A DNA stretch of 64,000 nt from Eledone cirrhosa (Eukaryota): contig OZ024742.1 in assembly GCA_964016885.1 (NCBI GenBank), positions 43,152,001-43,216,000 on the forward strand, written 5' to 3'. This document shows, piece by piece, positions 23,401 to 34,198 of this stretch; within the stretch, counting starts at the first letter, position 1, and every line of letters starts with the position of its first letter. The position numbers and the translations under genes were made by a program. The notes beneath the pieces are model-generated. The model saw only the letters and a list, made by a program, of their open reading frames with translations. It had not been told where the DNA came from and ran no database searches.

Positions 23401-24400
23401 TTAAAGTCAAGTTGAAAAAAAAATATTTCTATTGCGCGAGAAAATGGCGCGAAAATGATAGTGCAACAGGTCGTTGGCAGCCATTTTGAAAAATTTGTGT
23501 GTGAACGTGAAAACATGATGAAAAAGAAGGAAACTCTTTGTATATGGCGAGAGTTCCATTTCTTTTTTTTAAAGTGATGAAAAAGTAGCGACATTTAAAC
23601 GATGTAAACACGTTAGGCGAAGAACAAAATTTTTTCTTGTTTGTTTGCTGCTGAGAAAAAGATTACTTCTATTTTTCGTTTTAGACAAAATCCATGTGGA
23701 ATGTTGTTAGAGGAATTTTTTCTTTTTGAAATACTGCTAATTAATTTTCTTTTTTTTTTTACATTCACACCACACCCGATCCTATTATTTTTTCTCGGGT
23801 CACCACTTATAACAGGGTTACTGTGTTGTATGAATATAACAGAAGACTCAGTTGTATGTACAATGTTTATTTAACAAGGTTGAGTTATGCAGAGCAGAAT
23901 AGTTGACATGCCAAGATTAGATGAAAGAACGAATTAAAGTTATTTGTATTACCGTTTTGAAGTCATCTCGCAAAAGACCAAGTGGTCTTTACATTACCAT
24001 TGTTCAGGTTGCCAGAGAGTATAGCCTCGGCGAACGCGCCTGACCGAAGGGCCAGGCTAGTTAGAAGAGAGTGAGATAGCCCTGAGCTATCCCTTTTATA
24101 GGGTCCCAGGACGGAAGTGACAAAGAGGGTTCTGCCACCCCAATGGGAAGTAACTCCAGCTACTTCCTGTCTAGAGAGCGGTGATGTGATTGTCATAACA
24201 AGGGAGGCAACTCTTGCTACAAATCCAAAGATCTGCAAGATAACTTCATTGCTCGAGATGTATCGACCTGTCTGATACTGTTTGACCTCAATCAGACAAA
24301 TATCATTGAGTCCCTTGTCAGTAACAAAGGTAGCCATGTCACTGCCCTTGCTGATATATAGTACTGCTTTGACAGAGTTGCAATACTCAACATTGATTAT
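20430..24400 (-). mobile_element. Decayed Helitron RepHel (end of Rep + PIF1 helicase), interrupted by LTR copy 2
   Basis: YQTGRYISSNE..; FYLRVLL.IVQGP; Walker A FIDAPAGTGKT; ASGGIAATLL.RGRTAHS; NACLK.S.LW; AILAPKN. Confidence 0.85.
22102..24221 (-). mobile_element. Non-autonomous LTR retroelement, copy 2
   Basis: LTRs at 22102-22502 and 23808-24221; TSD AATC; PBS TGGTGACCCG; PPT-like GGCGGGGGATAA. Confidence 0.9.
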
Positions 24401-24721
24401 TTATAAAAATATATAGATACACTGAACTGAAGTGAAAACCAAACCAAAGAGTTGGTGTTTTTTATTATTATTTTAGACAACATGACCCTCCCCAAATATA
24501 ACAATATATGTTTCAACACATGCTTTCATATAAAAAAAACTTGTAAAACAAATACATCGATTTTCCCAGGGTTTCGTCATCATCATCCTTTGTCATCTAT
24601 ATCCATACATATATATATATATAACAAAGAGGGTGTGGTAAGATACCAGGTGGACCATAATGCACCACAGTACTCAATACTTAGGGTAGTAGAGTGGGTA
24701 ATAGGAGTCTCGACACTTTTC

Positions 24722-24796
24722 CTATATATATATATACATATATACATACGTATATATATATACATACATATATATTTACATATATATATACATACA

Positions 24797-24828
<32 letters not shown>

Positions 24829-24969
24829 CATATACATACATACATATATATATGTATACATATATACATATACATATATATATATACACACATATATATA
24901 TATATACATTTATAATACATATAGATATATATATATATATATATACACTTATAATACATACATATATAT

Positions 24970-25060
<91 letters not shown>

Positions 25061-25070
25061 TATTTATATA
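24722..25070. repeat. (TA)n/(TACA)n microsatellite
   Basis: Visible. Confidence 0.95.
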
Positions 25071-25639
25071 GTTATGTAATAAACAGCATAAGGTAATTAT
25101 TACCAAAGGTTTCACGAAGACAGACGAGCTTGGCACATACGTCTGCCTTTAATCGTCAGAACGAAATAAATTTTATTGAAATGGAAGTGAGGTGTGGATT
25201 TCAAAACAGAGTCTAGGATAAATGAAAGCGAGGCTGAAATAAAATAACGGACAAAATGCAAAGGGGGGGGGGGGGGTATAAATAAAATAAAATGAACAAG
25301 TGGGGAAGAAATTGTGTATAATATAATAGTTGTGGTAAAAGGTAATTGTTTATATATTGATCTTGATAAAATGTAAGTGTTCATAAAGCGATCTGGGTAG
25401 TGGAATAAGAAAGGGTTAAGAGGGGTGGACAGAATGAAGGTGGTGGGTGTGTATGTACTAAGAATAAAACATAAAAAGGGGGAGGGTATAAATAAAAGGA
25501 AATAAATAGACAAGAGGGAGATGCTTGTATAAAATGGTAGAAGGTATGTGATATAAGTTGAACTGGGTAAAATATGGTGTTCGTAAAGTGCTGATCCGGG
25601 TAGTGAGTGGAAAAGTTAATATGTAAATAGGAGGCTCAG

Positions 25640-28160
25640 GGTGGTTGAGTGAACCTGAAAGCTTGCCCGTCTCCGCTGGTCACGTCCAGCACCACCAACT
25701 TACCTTCTGGGTCCAAGAAGATGGCCCGTATGGCAAGATCCAAACCTCTCCGAAAAAGCACAGCAACTCCTACCCCCGATCCCGGACGGCTGGGAGATGC
25801 GTACACATCGTAGCCGCCGAAGATCGGTGCGAAGGCCCGTGCTTCGGAGATTCTGGTCTCGCTGATGGCCACTACATCTATGTTTAGTGACCTGAGGTCG
25901 TTGAGCAGGTGGCCCTGCTTCCATGACGACCCCAAGCCACGCGCATTTATGCTGCCTATTCTGAGTGAGGTCATGTTGAAAAGGAGTGGAAAAGATGGGA
26001 AAGACCACTTACCTTACTTCTCGTAGGGGAAGGACGGTTTTTCCATCCTTTTCACTGCTTGTGGCCTCCTCAGGAAGGATGTCCTTATAAATCATCCTGG
26101 AGAGTGCTTGTCGGAAGTCTCCGATGTCTTTGGGGAATTTTTGTTTTAGTGTCATGTACGTTTTCTGTGTGATGCGAGTGATTTGTATGTGTGGAGGTGG
26201 TGTGAATTTTGGGGTTGTTGTGTAGTCTTTTTCTGTGATGCTGGTGTTGTGTTGGATGTAGTGTAATAATTGGTTGTTGTTCAAATTTAATGCTGTGTAG
26301 TGTGTATCGTTTTGGTTGTTTTGTTTTGTTTGCGTTTGTTGTGGGTTTGTTTCTGTTTCGCATTTTGGTGACTTTTGTGGTGTAGGTGATGGTGGTGTTG
26401 GGGTTAATGATGGTGATGGTGTTAGTGTTTGGGTTGATGGGGTTGGTGATGCTGGTGTGGAAGGTGGCATATCTGTCCTAACAGAGCGGGAAGGAAGAGA
26501 ATTTTTTTCTTTTTTGGTTTCTTTTTTTTTTTTCCTGATACCGTTTCCCACTCCTCGTCGTCACAATCTGTCTCCAGTTGTGATAGGCCGGGGAGTGGAA
26601 AATCCTCCACAGGCGTTAGTTTTGGTTGTGGCGTGGTGGATGGTGTAGGCGCTGGTGCTAGTTCTGAAGCGTTGGGTGGTGGTGGTGTTGGTTTTGCTGG
26701 TGGTGGTGGTGTTGGTTTTGCTACTGTTGCTGGGGTTGTTGCTGTTACAGATGCTTCTGTTGTTGCTGCTACAGTTGTTGCTGCCATCTCTGCTACTGGT
26801 GGTGTTGATGGTTGTGTCACTGGGGTGGGTAGGAGAAGTGGCCTCAACCTTTTAGCCTGAGGGCAGAAAGCCCTTAGGTGGGTTCCTTCACCACAAACGA
26901 CACACCTAGGCCTTCTGCCCTCGACAATTACGGTGAGGTGGCTGCCGTCAGTGAGGTCTATTACCTCTGGGATCTCCTCAATGCTTTTTTGGTCCGCTTG
27001 GATCAGGAGCTCCATCCCAGATCCGGACCAGTTCTCCTGCTTTTCTTTTGCTATTGCTATTATCTTTGTGTTGGCTTCGATGCCGGCGAGGACGGCCGCT
27101 ATTAGCCAGGGAATTTCGATGGCCGGTGGAACGTGGGTCACCCTGATCTTTACGAGTCTCTGGCCACAATAGCTTGGGACGAGTGTGAAGTCGTCACTTC
27201 TTAATGGGGCCATGGAGTGTTCTCTAGCCTCCTCTGGTGTTTCAAAGAACACGTCCACGGTTCCATACTTCTGCCCACGTCTGATGTGGGTTTTTCTTGC
27301 CCACACATGTCCCAAAGCTTTTTGGATTTGGGACTCGGATGCCCGTTCCACTCGGCGCGATTTTACATTTATTGTTCGATACGACACGGTGCATAGGCGC
27401 CGATGCTCTATTTTATTAGGTGGGGAGGGCTGACCCTGTACCCATCTTTCTTTACCATTTTTTTGGCATTTTCTAATTCCTCCTGAGTTACCATAAATGC
27501 TTCGCACTGTTTTTCTACTCTGGCAAAACTCAGGGTGGTTTTTTTAATGTCATTGTTGTTGTGGTTGCTATCGTTATTTTTGCTATTATTAATTTTATTT
27601 TTCAGTTGTGGTGGTGGTGACGTCAGTGGAGTTCGGTTTGGAAGAGTCCATTTTGGTTGAAAATATTTCGACATCACGAGTTGATTTATTTTTTCCTTTT
27701 GTTTCTGTTGTCGCGGTGGTGGTGGTGGTGGGGGGGTTGTCGCGGTGGTGGAGGTGGTGGCGGCTTTAACACCTGCAGTCATTGGTAATGGCGGGAAATG
27801 AATGTCTGCCTGAGACAAATTAAAAATATTGCTAGTGCTTAAATTGTTTGTGTTGGCAAACGTAGTATCATTTACAATGGTGGTGTCGGTGTGAGGTGTT
27901 AATTTGTGAGGAAGGCTTTCAGCTGCTTTGTGCAGAGGTGAATTAGCCATTTTTTTTTCAAAGAAATTTTTTGATAATCATAGAAGTTTAAATTTTGGGT
28001 ACAAGGCCCCAATCTTTTTGGGTGTCCTTTTCGGAAAACAATGTACGTGCGCTTATATATAGTTAACAATAAAAAATTTCCATAAATGGCAATTTTTAAC
28101 AAACGGAAATAACAAACCTTTGCGGAGCTCACGATGATACGATTTACTACGTAGGTCGCC
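25640..28160 (-). mobile_element. L1/Tx1 LINE C: 5' UTR, ORF1 with frameshifts, first ~105 codons of ORF2, 3'-truncated
   Basis: ORF1 from ATG 27950 with CCHC knuckle CVVCGEGTHLRAFC; ORF2 MTSLRIGSINARG..SET from 25974. Confidence 0.85.
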
Positions 28161-28195
<35 letters not shown>

Positions 28196-28448
28196 TTTCT
28201 TTATTAACCACAAGGGTTTACATAAAGTAGACATTAAGGATAGTGCAGGACAATACAGGACGGCACAAATGGGCATTTCTGCGTGTAAAAAAACAAAAAA
28301 AAACAGAGGGTGTAACAAAAAATAACAATGAAAAATTCCCCAATAGGGGGGAGACTTCGGAGGGACATTTGTGTAGAAAGCCCAGTAAAAGGCCACAGTG
28401 ACCCTGACCACCAAGGCAAGTGCCCTCTCCCAGTTTTCCACCTTTAAT

Positions 28449-31400
28449 TTACAGATACATACTCAGAGTAGGCCCATTCACTCGGGCCATTCTTGCTTCT
28501 CTCACCCATCTTTCAACAAAATGCTGGGAAGAGAGCACTTCCCTCTCTACTCTGATTTTCCTTTTCAAATGAAATTTGAAAAAGTCAATCAGAGCATCAC
28601 CGAAGAGGTAAGTGCTCGTCTTCAGCCCTTTCAAACGTGTCCACCATACTATCTCTTTCGCCATGGCCACCAGACAGATAAAAACTGCCTGCCCTTCCCG
28701 GCTAAAGGAGGAGGGCGGGGCAATCCTGACGATGGACTCAGATGATAGCCGGATCCGTCCTAAAGGCGACAGCAGGTGTTCGACATAAACCCACAAGTCA
28801 GCAATTTTCGGACACTGGACGAGTGCGTGCAGGACGGTTTCGTCGCCCTGCGCGCATCTCGGACATGCCCGGCTGACGGCACCTCCATGCCTGTAGAGTT
28901 TATCCCGAACTGGCAAGGCTCCTCGGTAGCACTGCCAGGCCAGAGATTTCTGGAAGTTGTCCATAGGCCCTGGCCCGAAAGTTCTTCCGAAGAGATTGGC
29001 TAGTTGATTTTCGTCGACGCCTAGAGTTTCCCCAAGTACGTCGTCGCTCTTCCCCTCCACTAATCCTCTATAGAACGCCGAGGTGGAGTTTCCACCGATC
29101 ACATTGCCCGATTGGTCGAGGGCTGTGAGCGCCTGAAGACATTCCAGTCTCCAGGCGCTCTCTCTCGGTCTTCGCTTGACCCAGGACTGCAGCTCCGTCA
29201 AGGAAACGAGCTGGGCGACCACACCTGATCACCGTCGAGGAAGAGGTGGAGATGTCGTAGCCTGAGCGCGTGCCTGCGCATCATCAGCCACGGCATGCCC
29301 AGCCCTCCACGTAGCGGGTGTTGACAACAGATGGACCGCCTGACCATCGGAGCGCGTCCCTTCCACAAAAAGCGAAAGAGCAAACGCTCCAGCGCAGTCA
29401 GGCGAGGCTTAGGAGAAGGTACGACGGTCAGGCGGTAGCAGATGACAGACGCGATGTACGCGTTAGCCACCTCCGCTCGACCTTTCAGGGATAGCTTCCT
29501 CTACGCCCATTTCTGGGTTAGAGAAGCCACCTTGCTCGTCACCTCGTTCCAGTTTTTGTCCGTCTGGAGGTCCGGACCGAACCAGACCCCTAGCAATTTA
29601 ACCGGTCCGTCCGTCCAGCGTCCGACGACGCTGTTGGACGGCATGGACCTGCCTCTCCAGGTGCCGAACTGCAGGCCCACTGACTTTTCCTGGTTGATCA
29701 TTGCTCCTGTCACCGCTTCGTATTCTCTTAGTGTAGTGCCGATCGCCTCGATGTGTTTGGCGTTCGACACCACTACGGTGACATCGTCCGCATATGCTGA
29801 CACGGAACTTCCGCATCCTAGTTCGCGCGGGACGCCCCTCAACGTCTCCAGTGTGTGCAGTATTGGCCGAGAGTCAATACGTACAAGAGGGACGAGAGGG
29901 GACATCCTTGGCGGACCGAGCGCATGATGTTGAACGGTTCCGACAGGTGACCGTTCACTCTCACCACAGAGCAGATGTCGCTGTGCATGGCAGTGATCCA
30001 GCCTCTGAAGACGGGCCCAAAGCCAGCCGCCCTCAGGACTGCCGCTAGGTAACGATGGTCGACACTATCGAAAGCTTTCGACTGATCTAAATTGATCAAG
30101 GACCCACCCGTACCAGGTTCCCTAGCTACCCTCTCTACGATGTATCGCATGAGGTGGAGGTTGTCGTGGATGGATCTGTCGGGAATGGCGCATGTCTGCG
30201 CCTCTCCCACCAGACCACCAACGACAAGCGCCAACCTCTTTGCTAGCACCTTGGCCAAAATCTTGAACTCTGTGTTTAGCAGAGTTATGGGTCGGAAATT
30301 ATCTATGTTATCCCCCTTGTTCGGATCCTTTCTCAGCAGTTCCACCGCTCCTCGGCTCACAGAACTGGGAATTCTCCCGTTCTGTTGCCAGTTGCAGTAG
30401 ACGTCCGCCAAGAGGCCTCCAAACAAGTCTGGCATCTGTACGTAAAGTTCATAGGGCAGACCATCCAAACCAGGCGATCTACCCCTTGTGCAGCCAGTCA
30501 TTGCCTCCCTTACTTCAGCGGCTGTTATCGGCTTTTCGCAACACTTCGCCTCAGTGGCCGAGAGCCGCGGCAGTCCGTCGAGGTAGACACTAAAGTCCAT
30601 CCCTCGACCCGGCCGACCGCTGCCCCCGAACAGCTGAGCGAAGTGTCGCTGAAAAGCTTCACACATTTTCCCGGGATAGAGTAGCATGCGCCCGTCGTTG
30701 TCCACCAAAGACCGGATCGTGGCTTTATTCCCACGACGCGCCTCCGCCACTCGGGCCCATTGAACGGCTTTCGTCCCCTCGTGTCTGAGAGCACGCACCC
30801 TTGCTCTGACAACGCAGCCTTTGTGCTTTGCATTGAAGAATTGGTCAAGGGCCAATTTCGCCGCAAGCACGTCGGTCGCAATGCCTTTGCTAAGCGCCTC
30901 GTCTAATTTTCTAACTAGTTCTCCCTCTGCTCTATTTTTCTCTATTGCTAAAGCCTTACTAAACCTAATCGATTCTATTCTAATTGCTCTTTTCAGAGCA
31001 AACCACCACTTGTTGTTGACGATGGCCCCCGTCAACGCCCGCTTAACTAGTTCGCTAATCCGGTCTCTGTAGGCCTTGCGCGCTGGTAAGGACGCGTTTA
31101 GCTTCCAGTAGCCGGGTCCTCGTCTATGAAGCCTATCTAAGTCAAGCACACAGATCACGAATTTGTGGTCCGTGTAGCTGACTATCTTGAATTGTGGACA
31201 GCCTATGCTAGAGCTATCTATTTCCCTACAAAATACTCTATCTAGATATGATCTGGATGACCCTATGCAATTTGTCCAAGTCCACATTGGTACATTCGGG
31301 AAATCCAATCGGTACCTGTCAGACAGTTCAAAACGCCTGAGCAGGTTGGTGAGGCTCTTGCACCCTCCACCCCTATCCGCTAATCCCACACAGTCCCAGC

Positions 31401-31845
31401 GTGCATCTAAGATCCCGTTCCAGTCGCGCACTAACACTAAAGAGCGGGACGTTCCAAGAAAGGTCTCCAGACGCCGGAAGAAATCAGGCCGCCCTGCACC
31501 TGTCGGGGCATAGACGGCCACTAGCCTGAAAGCTTTCCCGTCTCCGCTGGTCACGTCCAGTACCACCAACTTACCCTCTGGGTCCAGGAAGATGGCCCGT
31601 ATGGCAAGATCCAAACCTTTCCGAAAAAGCACAGCAACTCCTCCCCCCGATCCAGGACGGCTGGGAGATGCGTACACATCGTAGCCGCCGAAGATCGGTG
31701 CGAAGGCCCGTGCTTCGGAGATTCTGGTCTCGCTGATGGCCACTACATCTATGTTTAGTGACCTGAGGTCGTTGAGCAGGTGGCCCTGCTTCCATGACGA
31801 TCCGAAGCCACGCGCATTTATGCTGCCTATTCTGAGTGAGGTCAT
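28449..31845 (-). pseudogene. Tx1 B ORF2 (APE-RT-zf), disrupted
   Basis: ORFs 29839..31845, 29501..29905, 29198..29470 and 28449..29222 join across frameshifts and a stop. Confidence 0.85.
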
Positions 31846-32010
31846 GTTTAAAATAGAGTGGAAAAGATGGGAAAGACCACTTACCGTACTTTATCGTAGA
31901 GGAGGGATGGTTTTTCCATCCCTTTTCACTTGATCGTCTGGTGAAGGGACCGTTGAATCGTCCCTTCGGCTGGTCGTCGGCTCTTCTATGTGTATGTCCG
32001 AATATACTCT

Positions 32011-33984
32011 TCAATTGATAGTTCCTCCTAGGTCTCTGAAATCACCAACTGCGTTGGGGAATTTCGTTATAATGTTTGTGTATTGTTTCTGAGCTATTTT
32101 TAGCAGTCTTATGTTAGTTGGCGTTTTGATTGGTGCTGGTATCATGTAGTCGTGTTGTGAAATGTCTGTGTGTTCAATTATGTAAGTCATTAGTTTCTTG
32201 TTGTGTGTATTTATTTCCGTGCATTTGTTTTTCTGGGGGTGGGGTGTGGTTCTGCTATTTTCTTGTCGTTGTTGCTGGGTGTGTGTGTTTTGTTGTTGTG
32301 TTTGCGATGTTGGTGCTTGTGGTGGTGTTGAAGGTGTTGTTGGCGGTGGGGTTGTCGCCGGTGGTGATGGTGGTGCTAGTGTGGGTGGTGATGGTGTTGG
32401 TGGTGTTGCTGCTGTGAGTCTCTTTGCAGTAGACTTTACCCTTTTTTCATTTCTTTCCTCCCTTTTCAAAGGCGACGATGCGCTGCTTCTGCGATTGTGC
32501 CTTCTTACGACCTTTTGCCATCCCTCTCCCACCTCACACTCCATGTCTGATTCTGTGAGGTCGTGGAGGGGTACCAGCTCCACTCTTTCACTTGTTGTTG
32601 TTGGTGATGTTTGCACTGGAGTCTCTGTTGCAGCTGCATCTGGTATTGTTGTTGTTGTTGTTAATACTTCCACTGCTGTTGCTGTTTTTGATTTCCGTGG
32701 CGTGGGTATGGGTGCCACGGACCTATCGTTCCTGGTTGCCGCTTGTCCTGTTGCTGGTAGCCGTGGAGCCGGTTTCGGAAGGAGGGGGGTTTTCTCCTTT
32801 CTCAGGGTCTTCTCGTTGCAGAAGGCCCTGAGGTGAGTCTTCGATCCACAGCGAAAGCATTTCGGGCGTTTGCCCTCAACACTTATGGGCAGTTGAGTGC
32901 CGTTATCGAAGTCTATCACATCCGGGATAGCTTCGATGCACTTCTGGTTGGTTTGGATTAGCATCTCAATGGAGGTGCCGACCCAATCTTCTCTTACTTT
33001 TTTCTCTACTTGCAGTACAGTTGTTTTGTCCTCGATTCCGACGAGGACAGACGCGGCCAGCCAAGAAGGGGCCATCCCGGGGGGGACGTGGGTCAGTTTG
33101 ACCCTCACAATTTTTTGCCCGCAGTAGGAGGGCACCAACACCATTTCCTCGCTTCTTAGGGTCACTACGGATTGAGCCTTTGCCTCCTGGGGTGTGGCAA
33201 AAAGTACGTCTATGGTGGCATATTTCTTGCCTCGGGTGATGTACGTTTTCCGCTGCCACACAGACCCCAAGGCCTTTTGTATTTGAGCCTCTGTGGCTCT
33301 TTCAACCCTACGGGATTTTGTACTTACTGTACGGTACGTGACCGTACAGTGCTGTTGGGTTTCGAAAAATTTTTCCGCTGCCTTGCAGATTGCTCGGTGT
33401 CCATTTTTTGTCACCATCTTCTTCGCTTCCTCTAATTCCTCATTTGTTATGAGGATTGTTTCCAGGTTCTTCGCGATACCTGCAAACGAGATTGGTTTTT
33501 CTTTGCTGCTGTGGTTGTTGTTGTTGTCGTCAGAGCTGCTGTTACTTTTGTTGTTGCTGCAGGTACTACGACTACTGCCGCCACCGCTGTTGCTGTGGTT
33601 GTTGTTGTTGTTGCTGCTGCTAATCCTGTTGTTGTTTATGCTGCTGCTGATGCTGTTGCGGCTGCTACTGTTGTTTTCATTGTCACTGTTGCTGTTGTTA
33701 TTACGGCTGCTACTGCTATTATTATTGACGTCAGACGAATGAACTGGGTTTTCGTATTTCCCGCACACCTGTTTCGTCGCTGTCGTCGTCGTCGTGGAGA
33801 AATCTTGCACGCTTTGCACGAGACTTTTCTTTTCTGTCGTCGCTTGCGAAAGAGGAGGGAGGGAGAGAGACACATTTAAATAAGGGAGGGAGAGAGACAA
33901 TCTTCTCTCTGCTGTAGTGACGATTGAGGAAGAAGAAGACGGAATGAGTGGGAGTGACCTATGAAAATTCTTTTTCGTAGCCAT
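32011..33984 (-). CDS. Tx1 B ORF1, gag-like nucleic-acid-binding protein (657 aa)
   Basis: ATG start, N/S-rich tract, CFRCGSKTHLRAFC zinc knuckle, P/T-rich tail; the TGA at 32011 may be premature relative to A and C. Confidence 0.75.
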   Translation of the reverse strand: MATKKNFHRSLPLIPSSSSSIVTTAERRLSLSLPYLNVSLSLPPLSQATTEKKSLVQSVQDFSTTTTTATKQVCGKYENPVHSSDVNNNSSSSRNNNSNSDNENNSSSRNSISSSINNNRISSSNNNNNHSNSGGGSSRSTCSNNKSNSSSDDNNNNHSSKEKPISFAGIAKNLETILITNEELEEAKKMVTKNGHRAICKAAEKFFETQQHCTVTYRTVSTKSRRVERATEAQIQKALGSVWQRKTYITRGKKYATIDVLFATPQEAKAQSVVTLRSEEMVLVPSYCGQKIVRVKLTHVPPGMAPSWLAASVLVGIEDKTTVLQVEKKVREDWVGTSIEMLIQTNQKCIEAIPDVIDFDNGTQLPISVEGKRPKCFRCGSKTHLRAFCNEKTLRKEKTPLLPKPAPRLPATGQAATRNDRSVAPIPTPRKSKTATAVEVLTTTTTIPDAAATETPVQTSPTTTSERVELVPLHDLTESDMECEVGEGWQKVVRRHNRRSSASSPLKREERNEKRVKSTAKRLTAATPPTPSPPTLAPPSPPATTPPPTTPSTPPQAPTSQTQQQNTHTQQQRQENSRTTPHPQKNKCTEINTHNKKLMTYIIEHTDISQHDYMIPAPIKTPTNIRLLKIAQKQYTNIITKFPNAVGDFRDLGGTIN

Positions 33985-34198
33985 GTTGTTTTTTGTTTAA
34001 AATAAATATTGGGCACAAAACCCCAATAAGCAGTTATTTAACCCCGAAGGGCCAAATAACGGGCAGAAAGACCCCTCTCACGAGGAGGAGGGTGTTTTTG
34101 TCTACAAATTCGTTAAAGTTTTAAACAATTTACAATTGTTATAGCGTTCAAAATTTATAATACCTTACAGAGCCGAGCCTCTGTCAACCATAGCATTC

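Larger units (their letters stand above)
28161..34198 (-). mobile_element. Full-length L1/Tx1 LINE B with (ATT)11 tail
   Basis: ~210-nt 5' UTR, ORF1, ORF2 (APE, RT QGCPLS/AYADD, zf-RVT), 3' end CTTGTGGTTAATAAAGAAATC(ATT)n. Confidence 0.9.

Noticed and set aside
24452-25136. Long YI/IY-rich ORFs
   Set aside because: Translation artefacts of the (TA)n microsatellite
32130-33879. Plus-strand V/G/L-rich ORFs
   Set aside because: Antisense shadows of the low-complexity Tx1 ORF1
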